Assembly: GCA_013239625.1 (NCBI GenBank)
Contig: MU054187.1
Coordinates: 21,083,280 to 21,147,279, forward strand
Length of the DNA stretch: 64,000 bases
Origin: Lama guanicoe
Taxonomy: Eukaryota
Reading direction: 5' to 3'
The first letter of the stretch is position 1, and each line of letters begins with the position of its first letter. The notes below the pieces were generated by a model. The model was not told the DNA's origin. It made no database searches and was given only the letters and a program-made list of their open reading frames with translations. Shown piece by piece: positions 11,685-24,617 of this stretch. A program made the translations under genes and the position numbers.

Positions 11685-12226
11685 TGAAAGGTATCAGAAT
11701 ATGTCCCCTCAAAATATGCCACTTTGGTATATTGATTATTTTGAGCTGCATACACTTGAAAAACAGCAAATGCAAATAGACGTTCTCTGCCCTCCACTTA
11801 TCTGCCTAAAGACACATCCTCCAAAAGGAACGCAATTGCCAAAGTCTGGTCCCCTCCCTGGGAGTTCCATCAACCAGACAATATTGACTCTTATCACTGG
11901 AGAGACTTGATGTCCACACCACACTCAGACAGACTGTCACAAGCAACCACACCTCATATCTGTTCTTCTAAGGACCCATTCATCTTTCCTAAAAATCATC
12001 AACTGTCTTCCAAGAGGCCTGCATCCTTTCAGCCCTTTCCCTTTTAAGATGGTATTTAATCCTGAATTCTAAGCCACCTTCAGGAATTACTCATTTTTTC
12101 TTGAGTACTTCCATTGTATACATGTTGATAAACTCTGTTTTTTTTTTCTTGTTAATGCATTTTATTATAGGAGTCTGAGCCAAAAACTCAAAAGTGTGGA
12201 GGGAAATCTATTTTTCCTCCCCAACA
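11685..12226 (+). mobile_element. ERV1 solo LTR (MER34/MER39-like)
   Basis: TG…CA termini; 4-bp TSD GTAG (11681-11684, 12227-12230); 5' end tgaaaggtatcagaatatgtcccctcaaaatatgccactttgg matches the recalled MER34-group start. Confidence 0.85.
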
Positions 12227-12403
12227 GTAGTGAGATATGCTATGAAAACAAGCTATGTCATGAAATGGCACAAGGAGTTAAGTTCAATATGGTGGTACGT
12301 AGAGGGTTAATAGAGGAAAAGTGGTAGGAGATGTGCCTACAGAGATATCTTTGAGACAGGAGGGAAGGGAGCAGGGCACAAGCATTGAAGGAATGACAGC
12401 AAT

Positions 12404-12839
12404 TGAGGACAGAATATAAACTGGTTAGAACCAAGATAGGAGAAGATTCAACTTCTAGTAGACCTTGAGCCTTATGGCTCACCCACAGGTGCCATGAGAG
12501 TTCCTAGGCTGATCATAAAAGGTCAAAAAAGTAGGCAGGGCCTGATTCCTAGAAATCCTTGTCCCTTCCCCAGAGTAGTTGGAATAATCCTCCTACTCAT
12601 TAGCATGAAATTACCCAGCCCATAAAACCTAACAACTCTGCTCTTTCTTTTGCCTTTCTGAGATGGCCCACACTCTGCCTATGGAGTGTGTATCTCCTAA
12701 GCTGTTTCCCCTTCTAAACGAAACAGACCCTACTCTGTCTATGGAGTGTGTATCTGTCTAAATAAACTTGCTTTCACTTTACCATGCCTTGCTCTTGAAT
12801 TCTTCCCTGCGCGAGGCAACAGCCTATTCTCCAACAACA
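12404..12839 (+). mobile_element. ERV1 solo LTR (MER41-like)
   Basis: TG…CA termini; cataaaa TATA-like box; tandem actctg(c/t)ctatggagtgtgtatct; aataaacttgctttcacttta…gaattctt, characteristic of MER41-group LTRs. Confidence 0.75.
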
Positions 12840-12891
12840 TCTTGTGGTGTGATGTGAAGGGCTATGTGTATTTGAATTTTATCATATAGGC

Positions 12892-13113
12892 CAGGGACCC
12901 ACAAACTAGGGCCTATGGGCCAAATCCGACCTGACATTTTTTCTAAATAAAGTTTTATTGGAACACAGCCACACCCACTTGTTCCCCTTTAGTAGCTATG
13001 GCTGCTTTGCTGCTACAATAGCAAGGCTGCATAGTTGTGACAGATACAGAAAGGCCCACAAATCCTGAAGTCTTTTCTATCTGTCCCTTCGCAGAAAAAG
13101 ACTCTCAATCCTC
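12892..13113 (+). mobile_element. MER58A-like hAT-Charlie DNA transposon
   Basis: caggg…caaact…gggccaaatc…taaataaagttttattggaacacagccac…tatggctgcttt…agttgtgacaga…ggcccacaaa…cagaaaaag. Confidence 0.85.
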
Positions 13114-13329
13114 CAGATGTAGACAGTGATTCCTCTTTGGAGGTGTTAAAGTCCTGGAAACCCATTAGTGGGAGCTCTTTAAAGAGAGTGTGGAATAATA
13201 ACTTACTTATTTTGGAGACCTTGATGAAATAGTTTCTGTTTTGCTTTGTTTTTGTTTTATTGTTAATGTAGGTTATGCTTAAGATTAGCATACAAAGGAA
13301 TCAGAAAGAGCATGTACTATAAATAGCTT

Positions 13330-14000
13330 GTTTACCGCCACTGGGGAAAGCAATTCAAAAAAAGGATGACAAAGTTTGCCAAAAAGGTATTAGAGTTTGC
13401 TTAAAAAGGACCAAAACTTTTACCTTGAAAGAATTGATTGATAGGCTTTGGTTGCTATTTTAATTAATACTTGAGTTTGCCTTTCATTTAGCACCTTCAG
13501 GGGAACGTTAATTATTGGGAATCACCTTGGCAATGTTCACTGTCAGATCAACACAATAGGAGCTGTTGCAGGAGAGCCGTTCTGGGCCAGGACAAATCCT
13601 GAGCAACTGCAGAGAGCATTTGGGTTGACTCCCTCTCTCCCGCCCCAGAAATTTGTCAGTTTTCAGAATGACTTCTTTCAAAACCAAGTCACCCCAGGTT
13701 TTCTCCAACTAGGAAGCTTTTTAAGAGCTCTTCATGAAGTTGTCATGAGGTATTAATGCACAATGAGCATCACTCATTAAGTCTACATTAATCTGACAGA
13801 CATTATGCTGCAAATAATTACTGCCTGCTGCCTTACCTTTGTCCTTTGTGAGCTTGAATTTCACATGTCAACAGCGAACGCTTTGGAGTGTGGTGTTTGT
13901 ATATACGAAAAGGTCTCACCTTGGTAAAGTATTCTTGAAAGGTAATGCCTTAAGCCATGAACTTTTGCACTTTTCTTTTCTTCATATATTACCATTATTT
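13330..14000. promoter_or_regulatory. Candidate conserved non-coding element / developmental enhancer
   Basis: No recognisable repeat; clusters of TAAT/ATTA, TGACAG/CTGTCA (13540, 13794) and ACAAT/CTTTGT motifs; inference only. Confidence 0.35.
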
Positions 14001-14379
14001 TCAATAGGGTTTTAAGGTTTAGGGTCCCTTGCATAAGTTTTTTCCTGTTCTGTTGTAAATAAGTGTATTTTCTCTTTTACTAATGCACTATAAATCACTG
14101 GGATCTATTATTAAATAAGCAGATTTTGTTAGAACTGCTATGTTGCTCACAATAATTTGGTTTTCTTGATAAATCAATTTCTTGGATGTTCAGTGACAAC
14201 CATGCAAAGAACTACCTTTTGTTTTGCATACTGAGGATGTAAAGTAACCTGATGCCTTTAGAATCAACCATAAGTTTTGTTTTCAGTGAGTGTCTTATTG
14301 GCAAATGTATTGGATAAATCCCTTCAAGACTTTTTTTGAAAGCACTGTTCCATAGTTAAAACATGAAAAACAAGCTAGT

Positions 14380-14830
14380 AAATCAGAAAAAAAAGTATAT
14401 TATCATGAATATGTGAAGAGCTTAAAAAACATAAATAAAATTTGTCTGTAGATGTTAAATTTACAATGTCAATACAATTGGCTGGTCACTATGTGAAGAG
14501 ATGCATAGCCTCACTGGAATAAAAGAAATGCACAATTAAAAGCATAATGAAATACTGATATTTCTATGTATCTGATTATATAAAGGTGAATAAAGATTAC
14601 TAGCTCCAGTAGTAACCTGGGTCCATAAAAACATAAACACTTTAATCTTCTGTTCACAAGCGTGCAGGTTTTAGTCCTTCTGGAAGGGAGTTTGGTTATA
14701 TATACCGCATTTTAAGTGCTTCATACTTACATACCCATTTTGGTAATTTTGTAGGAATATCTGCCAAGGAAATAGTAGAACAAGAGCATAAAGATCTCCT
14801 CCAATGGGAGCTGGCAGAAGACTATATTTT
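14380..14830 (+). mobile_element. Old L1 (L1M) ORF2 3' fragment
   Basis: atgtgaagagatgcatagcctcact…aaagaaatgcacaattaaaagcataatgaaata resembles the L1 ORF2 MKRCSTSL..REMQIK region. Confidence 0.55.
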
Positions 14831-16364
14831 GCATTTATCAAATGGCTGTTATTCAGCTACTATCCTGTAACTAATAAGTAAAGGTAATAGTCTGTTTCTT
14901 TCCCAAATACTCTTCCGTTGGCCTCCTTCATAGCATACCTGCATCTGCCTCTAAGTATCTGGATTTTGCCTCTCTTTGAAGGCTCATCCTTCCCCACCTA
15001 GCTGTTAAATGTTGGATTTCACAGAGTTCTGCCTAACACTCACTTCCTTTCTCTCCCTCTCTCCCTCAATCGTATTTTTTTTCAAACTGTGGTTGTTGGC
15101 CACGTCTTGAGTCATGAAATCAATACAGTGAGGTAATAACCGACATTTTAAACATTTATTGCAAGGAAATAGCATGGGCAGAGGTACAGAAATGATGATA
15201 TTTGAGGAATTCCAGGAATTTCTATAAAACTGAACCGTTCTGTTCATTGGGAGGAGAATAGGAATTGAGCCTGGTGAGAAAGGCCATGGAAGCCATTGTA
15301 GGCAAATGGATAGTATTTTATCTTGACAATGATGAAGAGACTCTGATATTGTAAGCTGGGTTTTATTGAGGAATTTAATGTACATTTCTCTATAAACAGG
15401 AAGAACAGTGAATATCTATTCCATTCACTGGAAATGTACATAAGACATTGTATTGTTTCCTGACGCCCAGGATGGTATCTGGTCTCACTGAAACATCTCC
15501 ACAGAGATGGATCTTATGTCAATAATATTTTAGGAGATGTTCAAGCAGCTAGTCACCCTAATCGTCATCACTGTAGTTTCAGGCTGCTTCACTTATAACA
15601 ACCAACTGTGATCTTTACTACTAAAGCAGTAGCCTAGAGCAGGGTGTCTGCATCACGGAAAGAAGAGTGTTCGTCTTAACCGTATTCAGTTATGACATTG
15701 TTAACTCTGAAGCCACAGCATCAAAATCTTATAATCATCATCTTATCATCTGGATGCAGTAAGTAAAACCCATAATTATGTTTTAAAGCAGCCACTGTTT
15801 TAGACAGGTTCTAGACTCTGTGAACTTGGACTCCACATTTCTTCAAGCCACCTTTACAAATCCAAAAAAAAAACTTATTCTTGGTAATGCATCCTGAAGT
15901 CAGTACTACACTCAGAGTCAGGGATGAAGGAAGTCTTTCTAAATTAGAAAACTTACCTGAAAAGTCTGTGCTAGTTCATTTTCCCGAAATGTTTATCACT
16001 GACATAAATTTACCCTCTTACTAAGCTGTGCAAAAATAAAGTGGGTCAGTTTATTATTGTCTTATTTTTCACATCTGTAACAGTATTTGAGTACATTCTA
16101 AACTGTACTACACGTGCTAGGGCTTAAGCCTAATATCCTGTAATCAAACACAGCTTCCATCTTTTCTTGATGATTCAGTCACAATTGTAGTCTTGAAAAT
16201 CTTAATGTTTCCTGGTATTTATATAATGCATTTGAGTAAATAGGAACAGCCTGTATATTATTTGAAGCATGTGAAATTATATGCTTATGATATGAAGTTC
16301 TTAAAGTAGTCAAAGCTGTTTAACACTGCATTTGAGAGCCCCATCCTCCAACATTTCGGCATTC

Positions 16365-16405
16365 TTTTTTTTTTTTTTAATTGAAGTATAGTCAGTTGAC
16401 AGTGT
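16365..16405 (-). mobile_element. Very short camelid L1 3' tail
   Basis: Poly-T followed by aattgaagtatagtcagttgacagtgt, the reverse complement of the L1 terminus seen at ~28740-28765. Confidence 0.7.
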
Positions 16406-17599
16406 TTGAATCTACTTTTTATAGATTTTTCTGCCTTCCATGTATGGGATTTTAACTTTCTCTTGGTGCCACAGGCAGTGTGGCTCTGTCAAATGATGTC
16501 CTTCCTTGTAAGGAAAAGATAATCACTTTTGTGTGTAAAACAGAAGGACATTTTGTTAAAATGTCAGTTTGAAGTGTCATCTCACTTTTTTTTTTTTTGA
16601 GCCTTTTACAGGTCTGGTTGCTTATCAAGTAGTTTTCTTTCAGTACTTTCAGGGTCAGATTCTTATGAAAATACAGAAGGCACATGGGAAGGGGATGGAT
16701 CCACAGCTTGAGAAAAGGAAATGGGATGGGTTTCATGAAATGATTATACAAGGTTTGACTCAGTGCCTATTATTTTTAAATGTATGTACATAGTCTGACT
16801 CACACACAGACACACACAAAAACCCAAAAATAGAAAGCAAAAGGGGAGGAGAAGACACTCAGGAGCATGAGAAATACAAATAAAAGGATTTTACAAGGTT
16901 TGAGCCCAGTTAAATAAAAATCAAAGAAACAAACAAAAACGGTAAAAAATGATCAATGAAGGAACAAACTAATAAAGAGCAATCTTAACTCTATGTTTCA
17001 TGAAGAATATTGGTAATAATATTCATGTTTTTCTGGAATTCCCCATTTAAAATATCTCCATGTTTATTTATTATTTTAAACTCCTACCTATTTCCTATTT
17101 CCCTATTACTGCTGGCTGCTAGTGTCTTTTAGAAGACGATGTAAAAGCTGAGAAAGACTCTAATGGACCTGTGCCCGGATAATGGCAGCAAAAATAGATC
17201 CCCAGAGGCCACTCTTTGGATTCAGAGAAGAGCAGGAAGGGAGTGGGGTGACCTGGAAACTTAGCTAAGATCCAGGAGTGAACCCAGACAATTAAATCTT
17301 ACAGCACGTCCCTGGGTGATTTCCCTAAAAATAGATCAGAGGTCCTTTTATTTCATACCACTTAGGCTTAAAAGCAGTCGCTACTCTAGTACCCTTCTGA
17401 GCCAAGGAAAGACATTTCTAGAAGGGGCAAGGAAGACAGGAAATACTGTTAAATATTTTACAGAAGAATAATCATAGCTACTTTAGACTCCATTTACCTT
17501 TGGCTAATTATATGCTACTTATTTTTGTTGTTGTTGTTTTTGATTTTTTTTTTCCCTGCCAGGAGAATGACCTGAAGCTTAACTCTGAATAATAATTTA

Positions 17600-17780
17600 A
17601 AAAAAAATTATAATAAGAACACAATATGAGACCTATCCTGTCTACAGAGTTTAAGTATGTGGTACATTATTGTTGACTTTAGATACAGTGTTTTATAGCA
17701 GATCTCCAGCACCTGCTCATCGTACCTTACTGAAACTTTATACCCAACAGTTAATAATTCCCCATTTCCCCTTCCCTCTG
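17600..17780 (-). mobile_element. L1MA-like 3' end
   Basis: taagaacac…atgaga…gcagatctccag…actgaaactttataccc…ccccatttcccc, typical of antisense L1MA8-10 3' ends. Confidence 0.7.
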
Positions 17781-18496
17781 AATCTACACTTTTAAATAGC
17801 AATTCGTGGCCCTACCTTCACGTGCTAATATTGGATACCTGACTGCTTTCTTTCAGGTGTTTGATGGATCTTTCATGAATATCAGCGAGATGCCCTAAAA
17901 GTGCCCAGTGAATAGCATGGCAGGCCAGAGGTGCCCCTTAATGTTAGTGGTCTTGTTATAAACAAAACACCCTGTGTGAGGCACTATGGAAACTATTAAG
18001 ATGAATTAAAAGTAGAGTCTATCCTTAGAAGGTTCTCAGTCTAATAGGGAAAAATAATATGTGCATCTTAATAAAGCCAAAGTAGAAGAATATTAGGAGA
18101 GAAACATAAAGTCTTTTAACTTTTGACTTTGAAATGACTACTCGTTGCCTACCCTCATTTCCCTAATAATCCATGGAGATTTTCCTTGTCTTCCTTATCT
18201 GGCTGGGTCAACAGTGATTTCCTCCCGAATACAGGTGGATTGATCCAGAACGCTTGCAGATGTCTTCATTTTTAGAAAAAGTTCTGATACACCCCAGCTT
18301 GAATCAGATGCACTTGGCTTTACAGAATTGAGTCAAATGGCTTCTGTGGGAATTGGAGTTATGATAGTTATCTTTGGAAAAGTCAGTGTCAGCATACTTT
18401 CAGATGCAGATAATCCGTCAGAGTATTCATCTCAATTGCAAATTAAAAAAAATTTTTTTTAAAGAATTTGGCCAGAGAGCTTAGCTATAAGGAGTC

Positions 18497-18956
18497 TGTC
18501 AACCAAAATAAAATCACACAATGTAAGAGTTGTGGTTTAAGTTTTATTTGGGGCAAAGTGAGGACTATGGCCCAGGAGACAGCATCTCAGATAGCTCTGA
18601 GGAACTGTTCCAAAGAGGCAAGGGGGAAACTCAGTATTATAAATGAGTTCAGTGAAGGGGAGAATGTGCACTCGAGCACACACTTATGCTGCTGGTCACG
18701 AGGAGCAGGTGTCACCCTTAATGATTTTAGTGCTTCTGTAGATAGGAGGAGACGCAGAGTTGGGGCTCAGAAAACTTTCTCCTGAAAATATCTAACTATC
18801 TGAAGGCCTGTTCAGCCAGTTTTCCCAGAGCACAGAGGGCCTCATTGCTGACGTCCATCCTGAACTCCTTTTGGGAATGTTGGAGGTCAGTGGCTGCACT
18901 GGCTCTTGATTTAACCCAAGCAGAGGTAGATGGCAAGTGCCAATTTTTAGTCAACA
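18497..18956 (-). mobile_element. ERV1 solo LTR
   Basis: TG…CA termini; 4-bp TSD AGTC (18493-18496, 18957-18960); antisense poly(A) signal (ttttattt) and TATA (ttata) give minus orientation. Confidence 0.85.
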
Positions 18957-20679
18957 AGTCCATGTTTTATTTTCTTAAACAGGTTTTAGCACTTTTAGTT
19001 CTCCATAGTCAATATTTTAAATCATGTATGTATTCGATCATCAAAAAAACAATATTGGTGGGTGGAAAGTTGAATTGTTAGGCCTTCTCTTGGTCTCCCT
19101 CAATGGCACAGTTAATGAGCTTTCTGGTATTTACACGGGAGAATTTCCTGACGGCATGTGGTGCCTGTCAAACTGCATACACTTTTCATATTGACACCTA
19201 CATTCTGCTTTTGAAATTCCATACTGTTTGCATGGACATCTGGGTATATTCAGGCAATCTTTGACTTATTCGGTCCATACTTTTGTGTAATTAATTATCT
19301 CTGCATTGACTCTGGGTACAATGGAGGCATTGAGATTTTGAAGCAAGAGAATTATTTTTTAGGCCATTCTTCTAGAGTTAAAGGCATTAATCATAATAGA
19401 AAATTTCTTTTCAGATTTGTATTTAAATAATCTGACAATGATCAATGGTAGCATGTGGAATAAATGTAGAAGAAGCTTTTACAGTGTTTTCAGTCTGGAT
19501 GCCAGCACCATAGACTACATTCTGATTATGTCTTCTCTACTCTCTAGGATCCCTTATTCGATACCATGGGCCAGGCAAAACATGTACCTTTCACCATCAT
19601 TTAACTTGGTGTAACTCTCCTCCAATCTGGTTTGATTTGTGGAATGAGAATCTTTAGCTTTGTGTATGGAAGGAATTTAGTGAAAAAACATTGTCTTGAG
19701 GAAGTGTCTTGCCCCTTTCAATGAATTACTAAAAACAAAAGAAAAGCAAAATGTTTATGTCCAGAAAATACAGACTTTAAGGCCTCTGGTTTCTGATTTG
19801 TTAAAGTATATTGAGTGAGGAACAAATGGCATAAAATAAGTCTTGGTCAGGCTGGAAAAATCACATGCAAAATAAAAATCAGAAGTGGTTACAGTCAGAA
19901 AAGGGTCATGTTAAAAGAAAAATTTACTATAGACATGACATTGTCTTGATACACTGAGGTATAACACATCATTTTGGAGAGATAAGGATGAACCCATAGT
20001 TTTGGTACTGAGATTGTGCCATAGTTTCCTAAGGTATGAATTTAGCAAGTGGGGCTTTGGATTCCCAGACTCTGATTGACTAATGAAAAATGTTTTTCCT
20101 CTAGCTGTACATTCCAAAGTCAGCTGCCTTGAAGTCTGTAAACTCCTGGCATCTGATTGCCCCTCCATATATAGCACAGTGGATGATGATGCTAAATAAA
20201 GCATCCTATGAGAATGTTCTGTCTCCAGAGCACTCCAGGTACCACTTCATCCTGTAATTCCTGTCCTGCCAGTACTTATTACTTTTATTAACTTTACTAG
20301 TGTGGTCCTCTTTGGTAAGACTTGGAGGGTTTTTTTTTTTTCCACTTACAGAAAAGAGTCAACAGTTCTTATCAACAAAATTATAGACGTAGCTTAAGAA
20401 CAGAGAAAATACATTATTTCTACAAGATGGGCTCAAAATATGCCTTTTCTACCTCTAATCAAATATGTTTCACTTGCTGAGAAAGCCCAAAAGAACAGCA
20501 TTATTTATGATGAATTCCAAATGTTAGTTGTCTCTGTTTCTTTGGACAGAATCCTGTTAGGGGCTCAGGAGTTTAAAACCAGTAGAGAACTCAGATTATT
20601 CATGTTTTCAGAGGACAAAGCTCTCAGTTTTCCTGCAAAATCCAATATTACAAATATGTAAAGGTGACTTGTCCTCTTC

Positions 20680-21355
20680 AGCCTCATGTCCTCCCCCACT
20701 TGCCTTTGTTGTTAAGTTTTTAGTCACAGGGTCCTCATTTCAAACTCTCACACTCATTTGTCTCTTCACTCATACATCCTGCTTCGTGGCCTTTGTGTTT
20801 ATTTTTTTCCTTTTTCTGGATCATCACGTCCCAGCTGTTTGAATAGCTGCTTCTTCATGAAGGTATTCAGAATTAGGCTCAAATATAATCTCTGCGTTGT
20901 ATATTCCTCCTTCCTATGATCGAATTGCTTCACTAAGTTTTATTTTTTCATAGCACATGGTGCTGTCTAGAACTGTGCTGGCAATGGGAACCACTGGCCA
21001 CATGTCACTTTGAAAATTTAAATTTATTAAAACCAAATGAAATTAAAAGTTGAGTTTCGCAGTCATGTAGCCATTTTTCAAGTGCTCAAGGGCCAGTTGT
21101 GGCAAGTGGCTGTTGTGTTCCATAGCACAGATCTAGGACTGATCTGTTCAGTTATTTCCTTATTCTTCTCTTGTCTGTTTTCTCTCTATGTCCACTTCTG
21201 CCATTTCTCTTTTTGCCCCTCTCAGCTAGAATATAAATCACAGAAAAATTGATATCTTGTTTTTTTTTCTTCACTGGCTTTTCTCCAAGGCAGGAACAAT
21301 GAGGCAAATAGTAGATTCTCCTTGAACATTTGCTCCATAAATAAACAAATGAATA
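20680..21355 (+). mobile_element. L2 fragment interrupted by MER3
   Basis: L2-like pyrimidine-rich body and 3' end (…agaatataa…aaatagtagattctc…aaatgaat) on both sides of the MER3. Confidence 0.5.
20972..21130. mobile_element. MER3-like hAT-Charlie MITE
   Basis: Quasi-palindromic ctgtgct…ccactggccacatgt…tagccatttttcaagtgctcaa…tggcaagtggct…agcacag, flanked by tctag target sites. Confidence 0.8.
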
Positions 21356-21864
21356 TTAAAGACCAGAATGAATGGCTTTGAAATGTGCCATTCCAGAAGA
21401 GTGCTCAACATTTGAAGGCTGTTTCTCAGTAGGAATTGATTTAAACATGAACAAAGCTATACCTTAGTCATCTAGATTAGTCTAATTTTGTCCTGGTTAT
21501 CTTGCAAAATTCATTGGAAAGCAACATTGCCAAAAGAGTTTGATGTTTTATGGATGTTTTGCTGAGTTTATTTGTTTATCTCTAACGTTACACTCCCTTG
21601 TACATCATTATAATTACATCCCTCTCCAGGTTAAAATTTTTTCAAAGTTACCGTAGTGTTTTGTTGTTGTCATTGTTTATTTTGGTTTGGTTTGATTTTT
21701 AATCATTTTCTGGCTATACATGAGCCTGAGTATCTTGTGTTAGTTATATACAATTTCTCAGATCCAATTTGATGTCTTAACTTTTTCTAAAGGCTGCTAT
21801 TAGACCAAAGAAGGAGATTTTGTTGTCGTTGTTTTAAGAGAAACAAGAGTAGAATATTGTTAGG

Positions 21865-22263
21865 TGTTATGGACTGAATTTTGTGTCCTCTCAAAATTCA
21901 TACATTGAAGCCCTAACCCTCAGTGCAGTGCTATTTGGAGGTGAGGCCTTTGGGAAGTGATTCGGGTCAGATGAGTTGATGAGGGTGGGGCCCTCAGGAT
22001 GGGATTAGTGCCCTTGAAAAGATGAGACACCAGAGGGCTTGCTTGCTCTTCTCTGTGTGTGCACGTAGAAAAGAGGGCAGGTGAGCACACAGTGGGATGG
22101 TAGTCAGCTACAAGGCAAGAGAAGAGGTCTCAGAATGAAACCTGCTTTGCCAGCACCTTGATTTTAGACTTTTAGCCTCTATAACTGTGGGAAAGTAAAT
22201 TTCTGTTGTTTAAGCCACCCCATCTGTGACATTTGATTATGAGAGACCAGGCTGACAGAGACA
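21865..22263 (+). mobile_element. MaLR solo LTR (MLT1A-like)
   Basis: TG…CA termini; 5-bp TSD TTAGG (21860-21864, 22264-22268); start tgttatggactgaat…caaaattcata…tgaagccctaacc. Confidence 0.9.
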
Positions 22264-22579
22264 TTAGGGAAAGAGGGAGGAACAGAGAAGGGAGAGGGGA
22301 AGTCCACAGATCCATCTCCTAACCCCCGTCTCATCATCTTCCATGCTCTGGGACGAGCTTCTCCTAAATCTCCTTCCCTTGGAGCCAGAATTGTTGTTTT
22401 AAGGTGACATTTTATCCCTGAAAAAATGTAACCTTGCCCTAATTATCCTATCTGGAGAAACTCTTCCTGAGAATATTTTCAGTCCTGACCTCAATCCTCT
22501 TTGGTAGCTGACTGAGACAAAGACTAGGAGGTAGCACCCATCTCTCACTTCCTTGTAACTTTGTATTTTTATATGACGG

Positions 22580-23200
22580 CACTCTTCAAAAAAGTTGCCA
22601 AAATCATGCCATATACCCTTTATCTAAATCCATCAATTGTTTACATCTTGTTTCAATTACTTTATCATTCTATTAATGCATATATATTAATATCAGTGTT
22701 TTTGAGATATTATAATTCTATAATAAACTGAGAATAAATTGCTAACATCCTGTTTCCTTACATGTAAATGCTTCAGTATGTATTTCCTAAGAATATGGAC
22801 ATTGTTTTACATAATTAGAAAATTATAAAAATAATCATATAATTTAAATTATAATATAATTATATATTAAATCATGTTTAATTTTTAATTTACAATTTAA
22901 TACTATCTTAAATTATAAACAATGAAATAATTATAAAAATCAAGTTTATCATTTATATAACACTATTACTTAATCTGCTGTCTAAATATAAATTTCATCA
23001 ATTTTCCCTTATAGTTATTTTTTATAGTTATTTTTTATTTTTATAGTTTTTTTTATTTTTTATAGTTATTTTTTCCCCCAGATCCATGATCCAGGCCAGG
23101 GTCATGCAGGGCATTTAGTTGTCACACCTCTTCATTTTACCTTCATCCAGAGCAGAGCCTCAGCTTTTATTTGTCCTTCTTGACCTTGACATTTTTGGCA
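22580..23200 (-). mobile_element. L1MC4/5-like 3' fragment
   Basis: ttcagtatgtatttcctaagaa…ggacatt…tacataa…gcatttagttgtca…tgaccttgacattttt. Confidence 0.7.
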
Positions 23201-24387
23201 TTATGAGGAATAAATTGTAAAATAACTTGGCATTTTGTTCTACTAGGACAATCACTAGTCCATTCTCATTTCTAGTCAAAATTCCAAGCCTGTCCTAAAT
23301 TAAACCCTTTCCTCTTATCCAGCCCAGGCTTTCTTTGGACTAGATGCGTGTGGGGGGAAGGAGGGACAAAGGCAGACTTCTTCACCCATTCCAACTACCA
23401 ACTTCACTCTTCTTACCCAACCACCTCTCGTTCCTGACTTCCTTAGGGTTAGCAGTGGGTAGAGGGCGGGGCAACACGAAGGAAAGCCAGACTTCACTGC
23501 TTTGGCTTCTCCTTGGGCTCTACTGAGTCAAAGCAGACTTGAGTGGATCATATCCATCTCCTTCAGAGATTCCTCACTAGACCCAACTGTAACAACAACT
23601 CTCCCCTTGCTGGCCCCTTGAACGAGGTATCCTCAGTTTCCAGGTGTGGTGGATCTCTGTCTTCTCTCCTCTGATACTGCCTGCTCCTGAAGAAGGCTCT
23701 CTGAATTCAGCATCCTCTTGTGTGGCTGACATTGGTTTGGTCCATGGGAAGCAAGCATCTTCTTCCCCGTTGTCTGCGGAAGCACAGCTGGTTTCTAATA
23801 TGTCTGCTTTTTTCCCCTCTACAGCTGAGTAAGCAGTTGTATTAAATTTCTCTTAAAATCTTTTGGGGCTATGAGTCAGAAACCTGTTCCCCAAACTCCA
23901 AAGGACCTACATCAAGTGTTCTGAGCATACCCTGAACCTTGTCTCACCTGACTGGAGGTGAGGGGAAGCCACCCGCTCCCTCCCCTCCCCAAGGGGATCA
24001 GAAAAAAGTATCATGGCACTTTGACTACCCCCTCCCCCCCAAAAAAAGAGCTAAGATTTAAGATTTAGGACGTTTAATTTTTCTAATCTTTGTAACCTGC
24101 ATCGTGGAAAGGAGTGTTGGTCTGAGTGTCACAAGACCCAGTTTTGCTACATGCTTTACCACCCTATCTAAATGGCTGAACATTTCACTTTTGTTCTCTG
24201 CTTTGGGGGCTTCAGCAAAAACTGGGAAACAGAAAGAGGCCCATGTAACACCCAGCAGAATGAAGAATTCTTGCAGGGGCCATTATGGACACCTTCATAG
24301 CTTCTGTCCTCCTAGAGAGAAAAACAAACATGACTTCTAATGGGAAATCCTTGTACATGAGTAAAAAGACTAAGATTAAGAATCTTG

Positions 24388-24617
24388 GTGGAGGGTGGGA
24401 AGGGATAGACTGGGATTTCAAAATTGTAGAATAGATAAGACGAGACTATACTGTATAGCACAGGGAAATATACACAAAATCTTATGGTAGCTCACAGAGG
24501 AAAAAATGTGACAATGAGTGTGTATATGCCCACGTATGACTGAAAAATTGTGCTGAACACTGGAATTTGACACAACATTGTAAAATGATTATAAATCAAT
24601 AAAAAATGTTAAAAAAA
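24388..24617 (+). mobile_element. Young camelid L1 3' end (5'-truncated)
   Basis: gggtgggaagggatagactgggatttcaaaattgtag…gacacaacattgtaaaatgattataaatcaataaaaaatgtt plus poly-A; TSD AAGAATC(T/C)TG at 24378-24387 and 24618-24627. Confidence 0.9.
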
